DNA of 64,000 nt from the human T2T-CHM13v2.0 reference genome, Homo sapiens. A program made the position numbers and the translations under genes. The stretch lies in the NCBI RefSeq assembly GCF_009914755.1, contig NC_060927.1. One strand, 5' to 3'. Below, one piece after another: positions 28,501-42,200 of the stretch. Position 1 is the stretch's first letter, and every line of letters begins with the position of its first letter. The notes below the pieces were generated by a model, which made no database searches, was not told the origin of the DNA, and saw nothing but the letters and a program-made list of their open reading frames with translations.

Positions 28501-31500
28501 TGGCTTTTCTACCATAGGCCTCAAACCGACCAAAATATCCACTTGGAAATTCTACAAAAAGAGTGTTTCATAACTGCTCTATCGAAAGGAAGGTTCAACT
28601 CTGTGAGTTGAATACACACATCACAAAGAAGTTTCTGAGAATTCTACTGTATAGTTTTATATGAATAAATCCCGTTTCCAATGAAGGCCTCAAAGAGGTC
28701 CAAATATCCACTTACAGATTCTACTAAGGAGTGTTTCAAAACTGCTCTATAATGAGGAATGTTCAGCTCTGTGAGTTGAATGCAAACATCATTAAGTGGT
28801 TTCTGAGAATGCTTCTGTCTAGTTTCTATATGAAGATATTTCCTTTTCTACAGTAGGCCTCAAAGTGCTGTAAATATACACTTGCAAATTCTACCAAAAG
28901 AGCATTTCAATACTGCTCTATCAAAAGAAAGTTTAAACTCTATGAATTGAATGCACACATCACAAAAAAGTTACTGAGAATTCTTCTAATTTTATATGAA
29001 GAAATCCCATTTCCAACGAAGGCCTTAAAGAGGTCCAAATATCCACTTGAAGATTCTACAAAAGGAGTGTTTCAAAACTGCTCTATCCGGAGGAATATTC
29101 AAATCTGTGAGTAGAATGCAAACATCACAAACGAGTTTCTGAGAATGCTTCTATTTTTTATATGAAGATATTTCCTTTTCTACCACAGGCCTCAAAGCCC
29201 TCTAAACACATATTTGCAAATTCTACAAAAAGACTGTTTCAAAACTGCTCTATCAAAAGAAAGTTTAAACTCTGTGCGTTGACCGCACACATCGCAAATT
29301 AGTTTCTGAGAATCATTCTGTCTAGTTTTTCTATGAAGATATTTCCTTTTCTACCTTAAGCCTCAAACCTCTCTAAATACACACTTGCAAATTCTACAAA
29401 AGGACTCTTTCAAAGCTGCTCTATCAAAAGAAAGTTTTAACTCTGTGAGTTGAACGCACACATCACAAAGTAGTCTCTGACAATCATTCGGTCTAGTTTT
29501 TCTATGAAGATATTTTCTTTTCTACCATAGGCCTCAAACCGATCTAAATATCCACCTGGAAATTCTACAAAAAGAGGATTTCAAAACTGCTCTGTCAAAA
29601 GGAAGGTTCAACTCTGTGAGTTCGAGGCACACATCACAAAGAAGTTTCTGGGAATTCTTATGTCTAGTTTTATAAGAAGAAATCCCGTTTCCAATGAAGG
29701 CCTCAAAGAGGTCCAAATATCCACTTACAGATTGTAAAAAAAGATTGTTTCAAAACGGCTCTATCAGGAGGAATGTTCAACTCTGTGAGTTGAATGCAAA
29801 CATCACAAAGTAGTTTCTGAGAATGCTTCTGTCTAGTTTTTATGTGAAGATATTTCCTTTTCTACCCTAGGCTTCAAAGCACTCTAAATATACACTTGCA
29901 AATTCTACAAAAAGAATGTTTCAAAGCTGCTCTATCAAAAGAAAGTTTAAACTCTGTGAGTTGACCCCACCCATGACAAAGTAGTTTCTGAGAATGTTTC
30001 TGTGTAGTTTTTCTATGAACATATTTCCTTTTACATGATAGGCCCCAAAATGCTTTAAATATCCACTTGCAAATTCTAGAAAAACAGTGTTTCAAAACTG
30101 CTCCAGCAAAAGGAAGGTTCAACTCTGTGAGTTCAGTGCAGACATCACAAAGAATTTTCTGGGAATACTTCTGTCTACTTTTTATATGAAGATATTTCCG
30201 TTTCCAAATAAGACCACATAGTGCTCCAAATATCCACTTGCAGACTTTACAACAGAGTGTTTCAAAACTGCTCTATCAAAAGAAAGGTTAACCTATGTCA
30301 GTTGAAAGCACACATCACAAAGTAGTTTTGGAGAATGATTCTGTCTGGTTTTAATATGAAGATATTTCTTTTTCTACAATAGGCCTCAAAACGCTCTAAA
30401 TATCCACTTGCAAATCCTATTAAAACAGTGTTTCAAAACAGCTCTATCAAAAGAAAAGTTTAACTCTGTGAGTTGAACACACACATCACAAAGTATTTTC
30501 TGAGAATCATTCTGTCTAGTTTTTCTGTGAATATATTTCCTTTTCTACTATAGGACTCAAAGTGCTCTAAATACTCACCTGGAACTTCTACAAAAAGAGT
30601 GTTTTGAAACTGCTCTATCAAAGTTCAACTCTGTGAGTTCAATGCACACATCACATAGAAGTTTCTGAGAATTCTTCTGTATAGTTTTATATGAAGAATT
30701 CCCGTTTCCAACGAAGACCTCAAAGAGGTCCAAATATCCACTTACAGATTCTATTAATGATCGTTTCAAAACTACTCTATAATGAGGAATGTTCAGCTCT
30801 GTGAGTTGAATGCAAACATCACTAAGTACTTTCTGAGAATGCTTCTGTCTAGTTTCTATATGAAGATATTTCCTTTTCTACAGTAGACATCAAAGTGCTG
30901 TAAATATACACTTGCAAATTCTACCAAAAGAGCGTTTCAAAACTACTCTATCAAAAGAAAGTTTAAACTCTGTGAATTGAATGAACACATCACAAAAATG
31001 TTACTGAGAATTCTTCTAATTTTATATGAAGAAATCCCGTTTCCAATGAAGGCCTTAAAGAGGTCCAAATATCCACTTCCAGATTCTACACAAAGAGAAT
31101 TTCAAAACCGCTCTATCTGGAGGAATATTCAAATCTGTGAGTAGAATGCAAACATCATAAACAAGTTTTTGAGAATTCTTCTGTCTATTTTTTATATGAA
31201 GATATTTCCTTTTCTACCACAGGCCTTAAAGCCCTCTAAATACACACATGCAAATTCTACAAAAAGACTGATATACAAAACAGATCTATCAAAAGTTTAA
31301 ACTCTGTGCGTTGACCTCACACATCGCAAATTAGTCTCTGAGAATCATTTTGTCTAGTTTTTCTATGAAGATATTTCCTTTTCTACTTTAGGCATCAAAC
31401 CGCTCTAAATACACACGTGCAAATTCTACAAAAGGACGGTTTCAAAGCTGCTCTATCAAAAGAAAGTTTAAACTGTGAGTTGAACGCACACATCACAAAG

Positions 31501-34500
31501 TAGTCTCTAAGAATCGTTCGGTCTAGTTTTTCTACGAGGATATAGCCTTTTCTACCGTAGGCCTCAAACAGATCTAAATATCCACTTGGAAATTCTACAA
31601 AAAGAGGGTTTCAAAACTGCTCTATCAAAAGGTTCAACTCTGTGAGTTCAAGGCACACATCACAAAGAAGTTTCTGAGAATTTTTCTGTCTAGTTTTATA
31701 AGACGAAACCCCGTTTCCAATGAAGGCCTCAAAGAGGTCCAAATATCCACTTACAGATTGTACAAAAAGATTGTTTCAAAACGACTCTCTCAAGAGGAAT
31801 GTTCAACTCTGTGAGTTGAATGCAAACATCACAAAGTAGTTTCTGAAAATGCTTCTGTCTAGTTTTTATGTGAAGATATTTCCTTTTCTACCATTGGCCT
31901 CAAAGCACTCTAAATATAACCTTGCAAATTCTACAAAAAGAGTGTTTCAAACCTGCTCTATCAAAAAAAAGTTTAAACTCTGTGAGTTGACCCCACCCAT
32001 CACAAAGTAGTTTCTGAGAATGTTTCCGTGTAGTTATTCTATGACCATATTTCCTTTTACACCATAGGCCCCAAAGCGTTGTAAATATCCACTTGAAAAT
32101 TCTACAAAAACAGTGTTTCAAAACTGCTCTAGGAAAACGAACGTTCAACTCTGTGAGTTGACTGCAGACATCAAAAAGAAGTTTCTGGGAATATTTCTGT
32201 CTACTTTTTATGTGAAGATATTTCCGTTTCCAAAGAAGGCCACAAAGTGCTCCAAATATCCACTTGCAGACATTACAAACAGAGTGTTTCAAAACTGCTG
32301 TATCAAAAGAAATGTTAACCTCTGTCACTTGAACGCACACATCACAAAGTAGTTTCAGAGAATGATTCTGTCTAGTTTTTATATGAAGATATTTCCTTTT
32401 CTACCATAGGCCTCAAAGCGCTCTAAATATCCACTTGCAAATCCTACAAAAACAGTGTTTCAAAACTGCTCTATCAAACAAAAAGTTTAACTCTGTCAGT
32501 TGAACACACACATCACAAAGTAGTTTCTTATAATCATTCTGCCTAGTTTTTCTGTGAAGATATCTCCTTTTCTACCATAGGAGGCAAAGCGCTCTAAATA
32601 TTCACTTGGAACTCCGACAAAAAGAGTGTTTCGAAACTGCTCTATCGAAGGGAAAGTTCAACTCTGAGTTCAATGCACACATCACATAGAAGTTTCTGAG
32701 AATTCTTCTGTCTAGTTTTATATGAAGTAATAAAGTTTTCAACGTAGGCCTCAAAGAGCTCCAAATATCCACTTGCAGATTCAACAAAAAGAGTGTTTCA
32801 AAACTGCTCTATCAAGAGGAATGTTCAACTCTGTGAGTTGAATGCAAACATCACAAAATAGTTTCTGAGCACGCTTCTGTCTAGTTTTTATGTGAAGATA
32901 TTTCCTTTTCTTCCATAGGCCTGAAAGCACTCTAATATTCACTTGCAATTTCCACAAAAAGTGTGTTTCAAAACAGCTCTATCAAAAGAAAGCTTAAACT
33001 CTGTCAGTTGAATGCACACATCAAAAAGTAGTTTCTGAGAATCATTCTGTCTAGTTTTTGTCTGAAGATATTTCCTTTTCTACCGAAGGCCTCAAACCGA
33101 TCTAAATATCCACTTGGAAATTCTACAAAAAGAGGGTTTCAAAACTGCTCTATCAAGAGGAATGTTCAACTCCCTGAGTTGAATGCAAACATCACAAAAT
33201 AGTTTCTGGGAATGCTTCTGTCTAGTTTTTACATGAAGATATTTCCTTTTCTTCCTTAGGGCTCAAAGCACTCTAAATATACACTTGCAAGTCGTACAAA
33301 AAGTGTGTTCCAAACTGCTCTATCAAAAGAAATGTTAAACTCTGTGAGTTGAAAGCACACATCACAAAGTAGTTTCAGTGGGTTTCAAAACCGCTCTATC
33401 AAAAGAAAGGTTAAACTCTGTGAGCTGAACACACACATGACAAAGTAGTCTCTGGGATTGATTCTGTCTAGTTTTTATAAGAAGATACTTCCTTTTCTAC
33501 CATGGGATTCAAAGCGCTCTTAATATCCACTTGGAAATTCTACAAAAAGAGTTCTTCACATCTGCTCTGTCAAAAGTAAGGTTCAACTCTGTGAGTTGAA
33601 TGCACACATCACAAAGAAGTTTCTGAGAATTCTTCTGTCTAGTTTTATATGAAGAAATCCCGTTTCCTACAAATTCCTCAAAGAGGTCCAAATATCCACT
33701 TGCAGATTCTACAAAAAGAGTGTCTCAAAACTGCTCTGTCAAGAGGAATGCTCAACTCTGTGAGTTGAATGCAAACATCAGAAAGTAGTTTCTGAGAATG
33801 CTTCTGTCTAGATTTTATGTGAAGATACTTACTTTTCTATGAGAGGCCTCAAAGAGCTCTAAATACACACTTGGAAATTCTACAAAAAGAGTGTTTCAAA
33901 ACTGCTCTATAAAAAGAAAGGGTAAACTCATTGAGTTGAATGCACACATCACAAAGTAGTTTCTCAGAATGATTCTGTCTAGTTTTTATATGAAGATATT
34001 TCCCTTTCTACCAAAGGCCTCAAAGCGCCCTAAATACCCACTTGGATATACTACAAAAACAGTGATGCAAAACTGCTCTATAAAAAGGAACTTTCACCTC
34101 CATGAGTTGAATGCACACGTCACAAAGAAGTTTCTGAGAAATCTTCTGTCTAGTTTTATATGAAGAATTCCCGTTACCAACGAAGGCCTCAAAGAGGTCC
34201 AAATATAAACTTGCAGACTCTACAAAAAGAGTGTTTCAAAACTGCTCTGTCAAGAGGAATGTTCAACTCTGTGAGTTGAATGTAAACATCACAAAGTAGT
34301 TTCTGAGTATGGTTCTGTCTAATTTTTATGTGAAGATATCTCCTTTTCTACAATAGGCCTCAAAGCGCTCAAAATATCCACTTGCAACCCCTACAAAAAG
34401 AGAGTTTCAAAACTGCTCTGTCAAAAGGAAGGTTCACCTCTGTGAGTTGAGTGCAGACATTACAAAGGAGTTTCTGAGAATATTTCTTTCTACTTTTTAT

Positions 34501-37210
34501 GTGAAGATACTTCCGTTTCCAGAGAAAACGTCAAAGCGCTCCAAATATCCAGATGCAGACTTCACAAACAGAGAGTTTCAAATCTGCTCTACCAAAAGAA
34601 AGGTTAAACTCTTTGAGTTGAAGGCACACATCACAAAGTACTTTCTGGGATTGTTTCTGTCTAGTTTTTATATGAAGATACTTCCTTTTCTACCACAGGA
34701 TAAAAAGCGCTCTAAATATCCACTTGGAAATACTACAAAAAGAGTGTTTCAAATCTGTTCTATCAAAAGTTAGGTTCAACTCTGTGAGTAGAATGCACAT
34801 ATCACAAAGAAGCTTCTGAGAATTCTTCTGTCTAGTTTTATATGAAGAAAACCCATTTCCAACGAATTCCTCAAAGAGTTCCAAATATCCAATACCAGAT
34901 TCTACAAAAAGAGTGTTTCAAAACTGCTCTAGAAAAAGAAAGTGTAAACCCAGTGAGTTGAATGCACCCATCACAAGGTAGTTTCTGAGAATGATTCCGT
35001 CTAGTTTTTATATGAAGATATTTCCTTTTCTACCATTGGCCTCAAAGTGCCCCAAATATCCACTTGGATATTCTACAAAAAGAGTGTTGCAAAACTGCTC
35101 TATTGAAAGGAACGTTCACCTCTGTGAGTTGAATGCACACATCACAAAGAAAGAAGTTTCTTACAATTCTTCTGTCTAGTTTTATATGAAGAAATCCCGT
35201 TTCCAATGAATTCCTCAAAGAGGTCCAAATATCCACTTGCAGACTCTACAAAAAGAGTGTTTCAAAACTACTCTATCAAGAGGAATGTTCAGTTCTGTGA
35301 GTTGAATGCAAACATCACAAAGTAGTTTCTGAGAATGGTTCTGTCTACTTTTCCTGTGAAGATATCTCCTTTTCTACACTAGGCCTCAAAGTGCTCAAAA
35401 TATCCACTTGCAAACACTACAAAAAGAGTGTTTCAAAACTGCTCTGTCATAAGGAAGCTTCACCTCTGTGAGTTGAGTGTATACATCACAAAGAAGTTTC
35501 TGAGAATATTTTGTTCTAGTTTTTATGTGAAGATATTCCCATTTCCAAAGAAAACCACAAATCGCCCCACGTATCCAGATGCAGACTTCACAAACAGAGT
35601 GTTTCAAAACTATTCTATCAAAAGAAAGGTTAAACTCTGTGAGTTGAAGGCACACATCACAAAGTAGCTTCTGGGAATGATTCTGTCTAGTTTTTATATG
35701 AAGATACCTCCTTTTCTACCGTAGGATTCAAAGCGCTCTAAATATCCACTTGGAAATTCTACAAAAAGAGTGTTTCAAATCTCCTCTATCAAAAGGAATG
35801 TTCAACTCCTTGAGCTGAATGCAGACATCACAAAGTAGTTCCTGAGAATGCTTCTGTCTAGATTTTATATGAAGATATTACCTTTTCTACCATTGGCCTC
35901 AAAGACCTCTAAATACACACTTGCAAATTATACAAAAAGAGTGTTTCAAAACTGCTCTATAAAAAGTAAGGGTAAACTCAGTGAGTTGAATGCACACATC
36001 ACAAAGAACATTCTCAGAATGATTCTGTCTAGTTTTTATATGAAGATATTTCCTTTTCTACGATAGGCCCCAAATCGCCCTAAATATCCGATTGAATATT
36101 CTACAAAAACAGTGTTGCAAAAGTGCTCTATTGAAAGGAATGTTCACTTCTGTGAGTTGAATGCACACATCACAAAGACGTTTATTATAATTCTTCTGTC
36201 TGGTTTTATATGAAGAAATCCCGGTTCCAATGAATTCCTCAAATAGGTCCAAATATCGACTTGCAGATTCTACAAAAAGAGTGTTTCAAAACTGCTCTAT
36301 CAAGAAGAATGCTGAACTCTGTGAGTTGAATGCAAATTTTACAAAGTAGTTTCTGATAATGCCTCTGCCTAGATTTTCTGTGAAGCTATTTCCTTTTCTA
36401 CCATAGACCTCAAAGAGCTCTAAATACACACTTGCAAATTCTTCAAAAAGAGTGTTTCATAGCTGCATTATAAAAAGAAAGGGTAAAACCAGTGAGTTGA
36501 ATGCACACATCCCAATGTAGTTTCTGAGAATGATTCTGTCTAGTTTTTATATGAAAATATTTCATTTTCTAAAATAGGCCTCAAAGCTTCATAAATATCC
36601 ACTTGGATATTCTACAAAAAGACTGTTTCAAAACTGCTCTATTGAAAGAAACGTTCACTTCTGTGAGTTGAATGCACAAATAACAAAGAAGTTTCTTAGA
36701 ATTCTTCTGTCAAGTTTTATATGAAGAAATCCCGTTTCAAACAAAAGCTGCAAAGAGGTCCAAATATCCACTTGCAGACTCTACAAAAAGAGTGTTTCAA
36801 AACTGCTCTATCAAGAGTAATGTTCAACTCTGAGAGCTGAATGCAAACATCACACAGTAGTTTCTCAGAATGGTTCTGTCTAGTTTTTATGGGGAGACAT
36901 GTCCTTTTCTACCATAGGCCTCAAAGCACTCATAATATTCACTTGCAAATTCTACAGAAAGACTGTTTCAAAACCGGTCTGTGAAAAGGAAGGTTCACCT
37001 CTGTGAGTTGAGTGCAGACATCACAAATGAGTTTCTGAGAATACTTCTGTCCCCTTTTTATGTGAAGATGTTTCCTTTTACAAAGAAAACCTCAAAGCAC
37101 TCCAAATATGCAGATGCAGAATGTGTAAACAGAGTGTTTCAAAAATGCTCTATCAAAAGAATGGTGAAACTTTGTGAGATGAACGCACACATCACAAAGT
37201 AGTTTCTGGG
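13539..37210 (-). repeat. Alpha satellite, divergent layer with irregular A/B-box order (SF5, R1/R2-like)
   Basis: ~171-bp tandem monomers; B-type (GAAGAAATCCCGTTTCCAACGAAGG) and A-type (GAAGATATTTCCTTTTCTACCATAGG) mixed irregularly; no long-range near-identical period. Confidence 0.9.
13556..13572 (-). promoter_or_regulatory. CENP-B box in the first satellite monomer
   Basis: TCCCGTTTCCAACGAAA = reverse complement of TTTCGTTGGAAACGGGA. Confidence 0.9.
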
Positions 37211-39244
37211 AATGATTCTGTCTACTTTTTATACGAAGATATTTCCTTTTCAATCATTGGCCTCAAAGCCTTTGAAATCTCCACTTAAAAATTCCGGAAA
37301 AAGAGAGTTTCCAATCTGCTCTCTCTAAAGGAAGGTTCAACTCTGTGAGTTGAATACACACACACAAAGAAGTTACTGAGAATTCTTCTGTCTAGCATTA
37401 TAGGAAGAAATCTCTTTTCCAACGAAGGCTTCAAAGTGGTCCAAATATCCACTTGAAGATTTTACAAACATAGTATTTCCAAACTGCTCTATGAAAACAA
37501 AGGTTAAGCTCTGTGAGTTGAACGCACAAATCTCTAAGGAGTTTCTGAGAATGATTCTGTCTACTTTTTATATGAAGATATTTCCTTTTCTACCATTGGC
37601 CCCAAAGCGCTTGAAATCTCCAGCTGAAAATTCCACAAAAAGAGAGTTTCACATCTGCTCTGTCTAAAGGAAGGTTCAACTCTGTGAGTTGAATACACAC
37701 AACACAAAGAAGTTACAGAGAATTCTTCTATCTACCATTATATGCAGAAATACGGTTTCCAAAAAGGCCTCAAAGAGGTCCAAATATCCACTTGAAGATT
37801 CTGCAAAAAGAGTATATCAAAACCACTCTATCAAAAGGAATGTTGAACTCTGTGAGTTGAATACAAATACCACAACTTAGTTTTTGAGAATGCTTGTGTT
37901 TAATTTTTATCGTAAGATAATTAATTTTCTACCATAGGCCTCAAAGCCCTTTAATCCACCCTTGCAAATTCTAAAAACAGAGTGTTTCATAATTGCTCTA
38001 TGGAAAGAAAGGTGGAACTCTGTGAGTTGAACGCACAGATCACAACGTGGTTTCTGCGAATGATTCTGTCTAGTTTTTACATAAAGATATTTTCTTGTCT
38101 ACCGTAGGCTTCAAAGCACTCTAAGTATGCACATGGAAGTTCCACAAAAAGAGTGTTTGAAAACTGCTCTTTCGAAAGAAAGGTTCAACTCTGTGAGTAG
38201 AATGCACATCAAAAAGAAGATTCTCAGAATTCTTCTGCCTAGGTTTATATGAAGAAATCCCGTTTCCAACGTAGGCCTTAAAGCCGTAAAAATATCCACT
38301 TGAAGACTTTACAAACAGAGGGTTTCCAAACTGCTCTATGAAAAGAACTGTTAAAATCTGTGAGTTGAATGCACACATAACAAAGTAGTTTCTGAGAATG
38401 ATTTCGTCTAGTTTTTATACGAAGATATTGCCTTTTCTCCCATTGGCCTGAAAGCGCTTGAACTCTCCACCTGAAAATTCCACAAAAAGTGTTTCCAATC
38501 TGCTCTTTCTAAAGGAAGTTTCAACTCTGTGGTTGAATACACACACACAAAAAAGTTACTGAGAATTCTTCTGTCTAGCATTATATAAAGAAATCCCGTT
38601 TCCAATGAAGGCCTCAGAGAGGTCCGAATATCCAGTTGCAGAATTTACAGAGTGTTTCCAAACTGCACTATGAAAAGAAAGCTTAAACTCTGTGAGTTGA
38701 ATGCACACATCACAAAGCAGATTCTGAGAATCATTCAGTCTACTTTTTCTACGAAGATATATCTTTTCTACCATTGGCCTCAAAGCGCTTGAAATCTCCA
38801 ACTGAACATTCCGCAAAAAGAGTGTTTCCAATCTGCTCTGAATAAAGGAAGGTGCAACTCTGTGAGTGGAATACACACAATACAAAGTAGTTACTGAGAA
38901 TTCTTCTGTCTAGCATTATATGAAGAAATCCCGTTTCCAACAAAGGTCTCAAAGAGGTCTAAATATTCACTTGCAGACTTTACAAACAGAGTGTTTCCAA
39001 AATGCTCCATCACAAGAAAGGTTAAACTCTGTGAGTTGAAAGCACACATCACAAAGTAGTTTCTGAAAATGATTCTCTCTAGTTTATATACGAAGATATT
39101 TCCTTTTCCAATATTGGCCTCAAAGCCCTTGAAATCTCCACTTCCAAATTCCTCAAAAAAGTGTTTCAAATCTGCTCTGTCTAAAGGAAGATTCACCGCT
39201 GTGAGTTGAATACACACAACACGAAGAAATTACTTAGAATTCTA
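37211..39244 (-). repeat. Alpha satellite, divergent SF1/SF01-type HOR margin (~12 monomers)
   Basis: First appearance of SF1 signatures (TTGAAATCTCCAC, AATCTGCTCTGTCTAAAGG, AATACACACACAC, AGTTACTGAG, CTAGCATTA); degenerate versions of HOR monomers 1-4 at ~37730-38400 (CACAACTTAG; GATCACAACGTGGTTTCTGCGAA). Confidence 0.8.
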
Positions 39245-42200
39245 CTGTCCATCATTACACAAAGAAATCCCGTTTCCAACGAAGGCCTCAAAGAGGTCCA
39301 AATATCCACTTGCAGATTCTGCAAAAAGAGTGTTTCAAAACCGCTCTATTAAAAGGAATGTTGAACTCTGTGAGTTGAACGCAAACATCACAACTCAGTT
39401 TCTGAGAATGCTTCTGTCTAGTTTTTATGGTAAGATATTTCCTTTTCTACCGTAGGCTTCAATGCCCTCTAAATACACCCTTGCAAATTCTACAAAGAGA
39501 GTGTTTCATAACTGCTCTATAGAAAGAATGGTTGAACTCTGTGAGTTGAATGCACAGATCACAACGTGGTTTCTGCGAATGATTCTTTCTAGTTTTTACA
39601 TGCAGATATTTCATTGTCTACCAAAGGCTTCAAAGCAATCAAAGTATGCACTTGGAAATTTTACAAAAAGAGTGTTAGAAAACTGCTCTTTCCAAAGTAA
39701 GGTTCAACTCTGTGAGTTGAATGCACACATAACAAACAAGAAGTTTCTGAGAATTCTTCTGTCCTGGTTTATATGAAGAAATCCCGTTTCCACCGAAGGC
39801 CTCAAAGACGTTCAAATATCCACTTCCAGACTTCACAAACAGAGTGCTTCCAAACTGCTCTATGAAAAGAAAGGTTAAACTCTGTGAGTTGAACACACAT
39901 CACAAAGTAGTTTCTGAGAATGATACTGTCTAGTTTTTATACGAAGATATTACCTTTTCTACCATTGACCTCAAATCGCTAGAATTCTCCACTTGCAAAT
40001 TCCACAAAAAGAGTGTTTCCAATCTGCTCTGTCTAAAGGAAGGTTCAACTCTGTGAGTTGAGTACACACACACAAAGAAGCTACTGAGAATTCTTTTGTC
40101 AAGAATTATAAGAAATCCCGTTTCCAACGAAAGCCTCAAAGAGTTCCAAGTATACACTTGCACACTGTACAAACTAAGTCTTTCCAAACAGTTCTATGAA
40201 AAGAAATGTTCAACTCTGTGAGTTTAATACACACATCACAAAGCAGTTTCTGAGAATGATTCCGTCTAGTTTTTATACGAAGATAGCCTTTTCTACCATT
40301 GGCCTCAAGGCTCTTGAAATCTCCACCTGAAAATTCCACAAAAAGCGTGTTTTCAATCTGCTCTGTCTAAAGGAAGGTTCAACTCTCTGAGTTGAATACA
40401 TACATCCCAAAAGAAGTTACTGAGAATTCTTCTGTCTAGCATTATGTGAAGAAATCCCGTTTCCAACGAAAGCCTCAAAGAGGTCCAAATATCCAGTTGC
40501 AGAATTCACAAACTGACTGTTTCCAAACTCATCTATGAAAAGAAAGGTTAAACTCTGTGAGTTGAATGCACATATCACAAAGTAGTTCCTGAGAATGATT
40601 CTGTCTAGTTTTTATACGAAGATATTCCCTTTTCCACCAATGGCCTCAAAGTGCTTGAAATCTCCCCTTGCAAATTCCACAGACAAGTGTTTCAAATCTG
40701 CACTGTCTAAAGGAAGGTTCAACCCTGTGAGTTGAATACACACACACAGAAAAAAATTCACTGAGAATTCTATTGTCTATCATTACACGAAGAAATCCCG
40801 TTTACCACGAATGCCTCAAAGAGGTCCAAATATCCAGTTGCAGACAATACAAACTGAGTGTTTCCAAAGTGCTCTATGAAAAGAAGTGTTAAACACTGTG
40901 AGTTCAATGCACACATCACAAAGCAGTTTCTGAGAATGATTCCGTCTATTTTTTCTACGAAGATATTTCCTTTTCTACCGTTGGCCTCAAAGCACTTGAA
41001 TTCTCCACTTGCAAATACCACAAAAAGAGAGTTTCAAATCTGCTGTTTCTAAAGGAAGGTTCAAATCTGAGAGTTGAATACACACCAGAAAAAGCAGTTA
41101 CTGAGAAGTCTTCTGTCTAAAATTATATGAAGAAATCCCAATTCCAACGAAGACTTCAAAGAGGTCCAAATATCCACTTGAAGATTCTGCAAAAAGAGTG
41201 TTTCGAAACAACTGTATGAAAAGAAAGGTTAAACACTGTGAGTTGAACGCACACATTGCAAAGCAGTTTCTGAGAATGATTCCGTCTAATTATTATACAA
41301 AGGTATTTCCTTTTCTATCATTGGCCTCAAAGCGCTTGATACCTCCACCTGAAAATTCCACAAAAAGAGTGTTTCCAATCTACTCTGTCTAAAGGAACGT
41401 TCAACTCGGTGAGTTGAATACACACACACAGAAAGAATTCACTGAGAATTCTTCTGTCTGGCATTTACATGAAGAAATCCCGTTTCCAACGAAGGCCTCA
41501 AAGAGGTCCAAATATCCACTTGCAGATTCTGCAAATAGAGTGTTTCAAAACCGCTCTATTAAAAGGAATGTTGAACTCTGTGAGTTGAACGCAAACATCA
41601 CAACTCAGTTTCTGAGAATGCTTCTGTCTAGTTTTTATGGTAAGATATTTCTTTTTCTACCGTAGGCTTCAACGCCCTCTAAATACACCCTTGCAAATTC
41701 TACAAAGAGAGTGTTTCATAACTGCTCTATAGAAATAAAGGTTGAACACTGTGAGTTGAATGCACAGATCACAACGTGGTTTCTGCGAATGATTCTTTCT
41801 AGTTTTTACATGCAGATATTTCGTTGTCTACCGTAGGCTTCAAAGCACTCAAAGTATGCACTTGGAAGTTTTACAAAAAGAGTGTTAGAAAACTGCTCTT
41901 TCCAAAGTAAGGTTCAACTCTGTGAGTTGAATGCACACATAACAAAGAAGAAGTTTCTGAGAATTCTTCTGTCCTGGTTTATATGAAGAAATCCCGTTTC
42001 CAACGAAGGCCTCAAAGACGTTCAAATATCCACTTGCAGACTTCATAAACAGAGTGTTTCCAAACTGCTCTATGAAAAGAAAGGTTAAACTCTGAGTTGA
42101 ACACACACATCACAAAGTAGTTTCTGAGAATGATACTGTTTAGTTTTTATACGAAGATATTTCCTTTTCTACCATTGACCTCAAATCGTAGAATTCTCCA

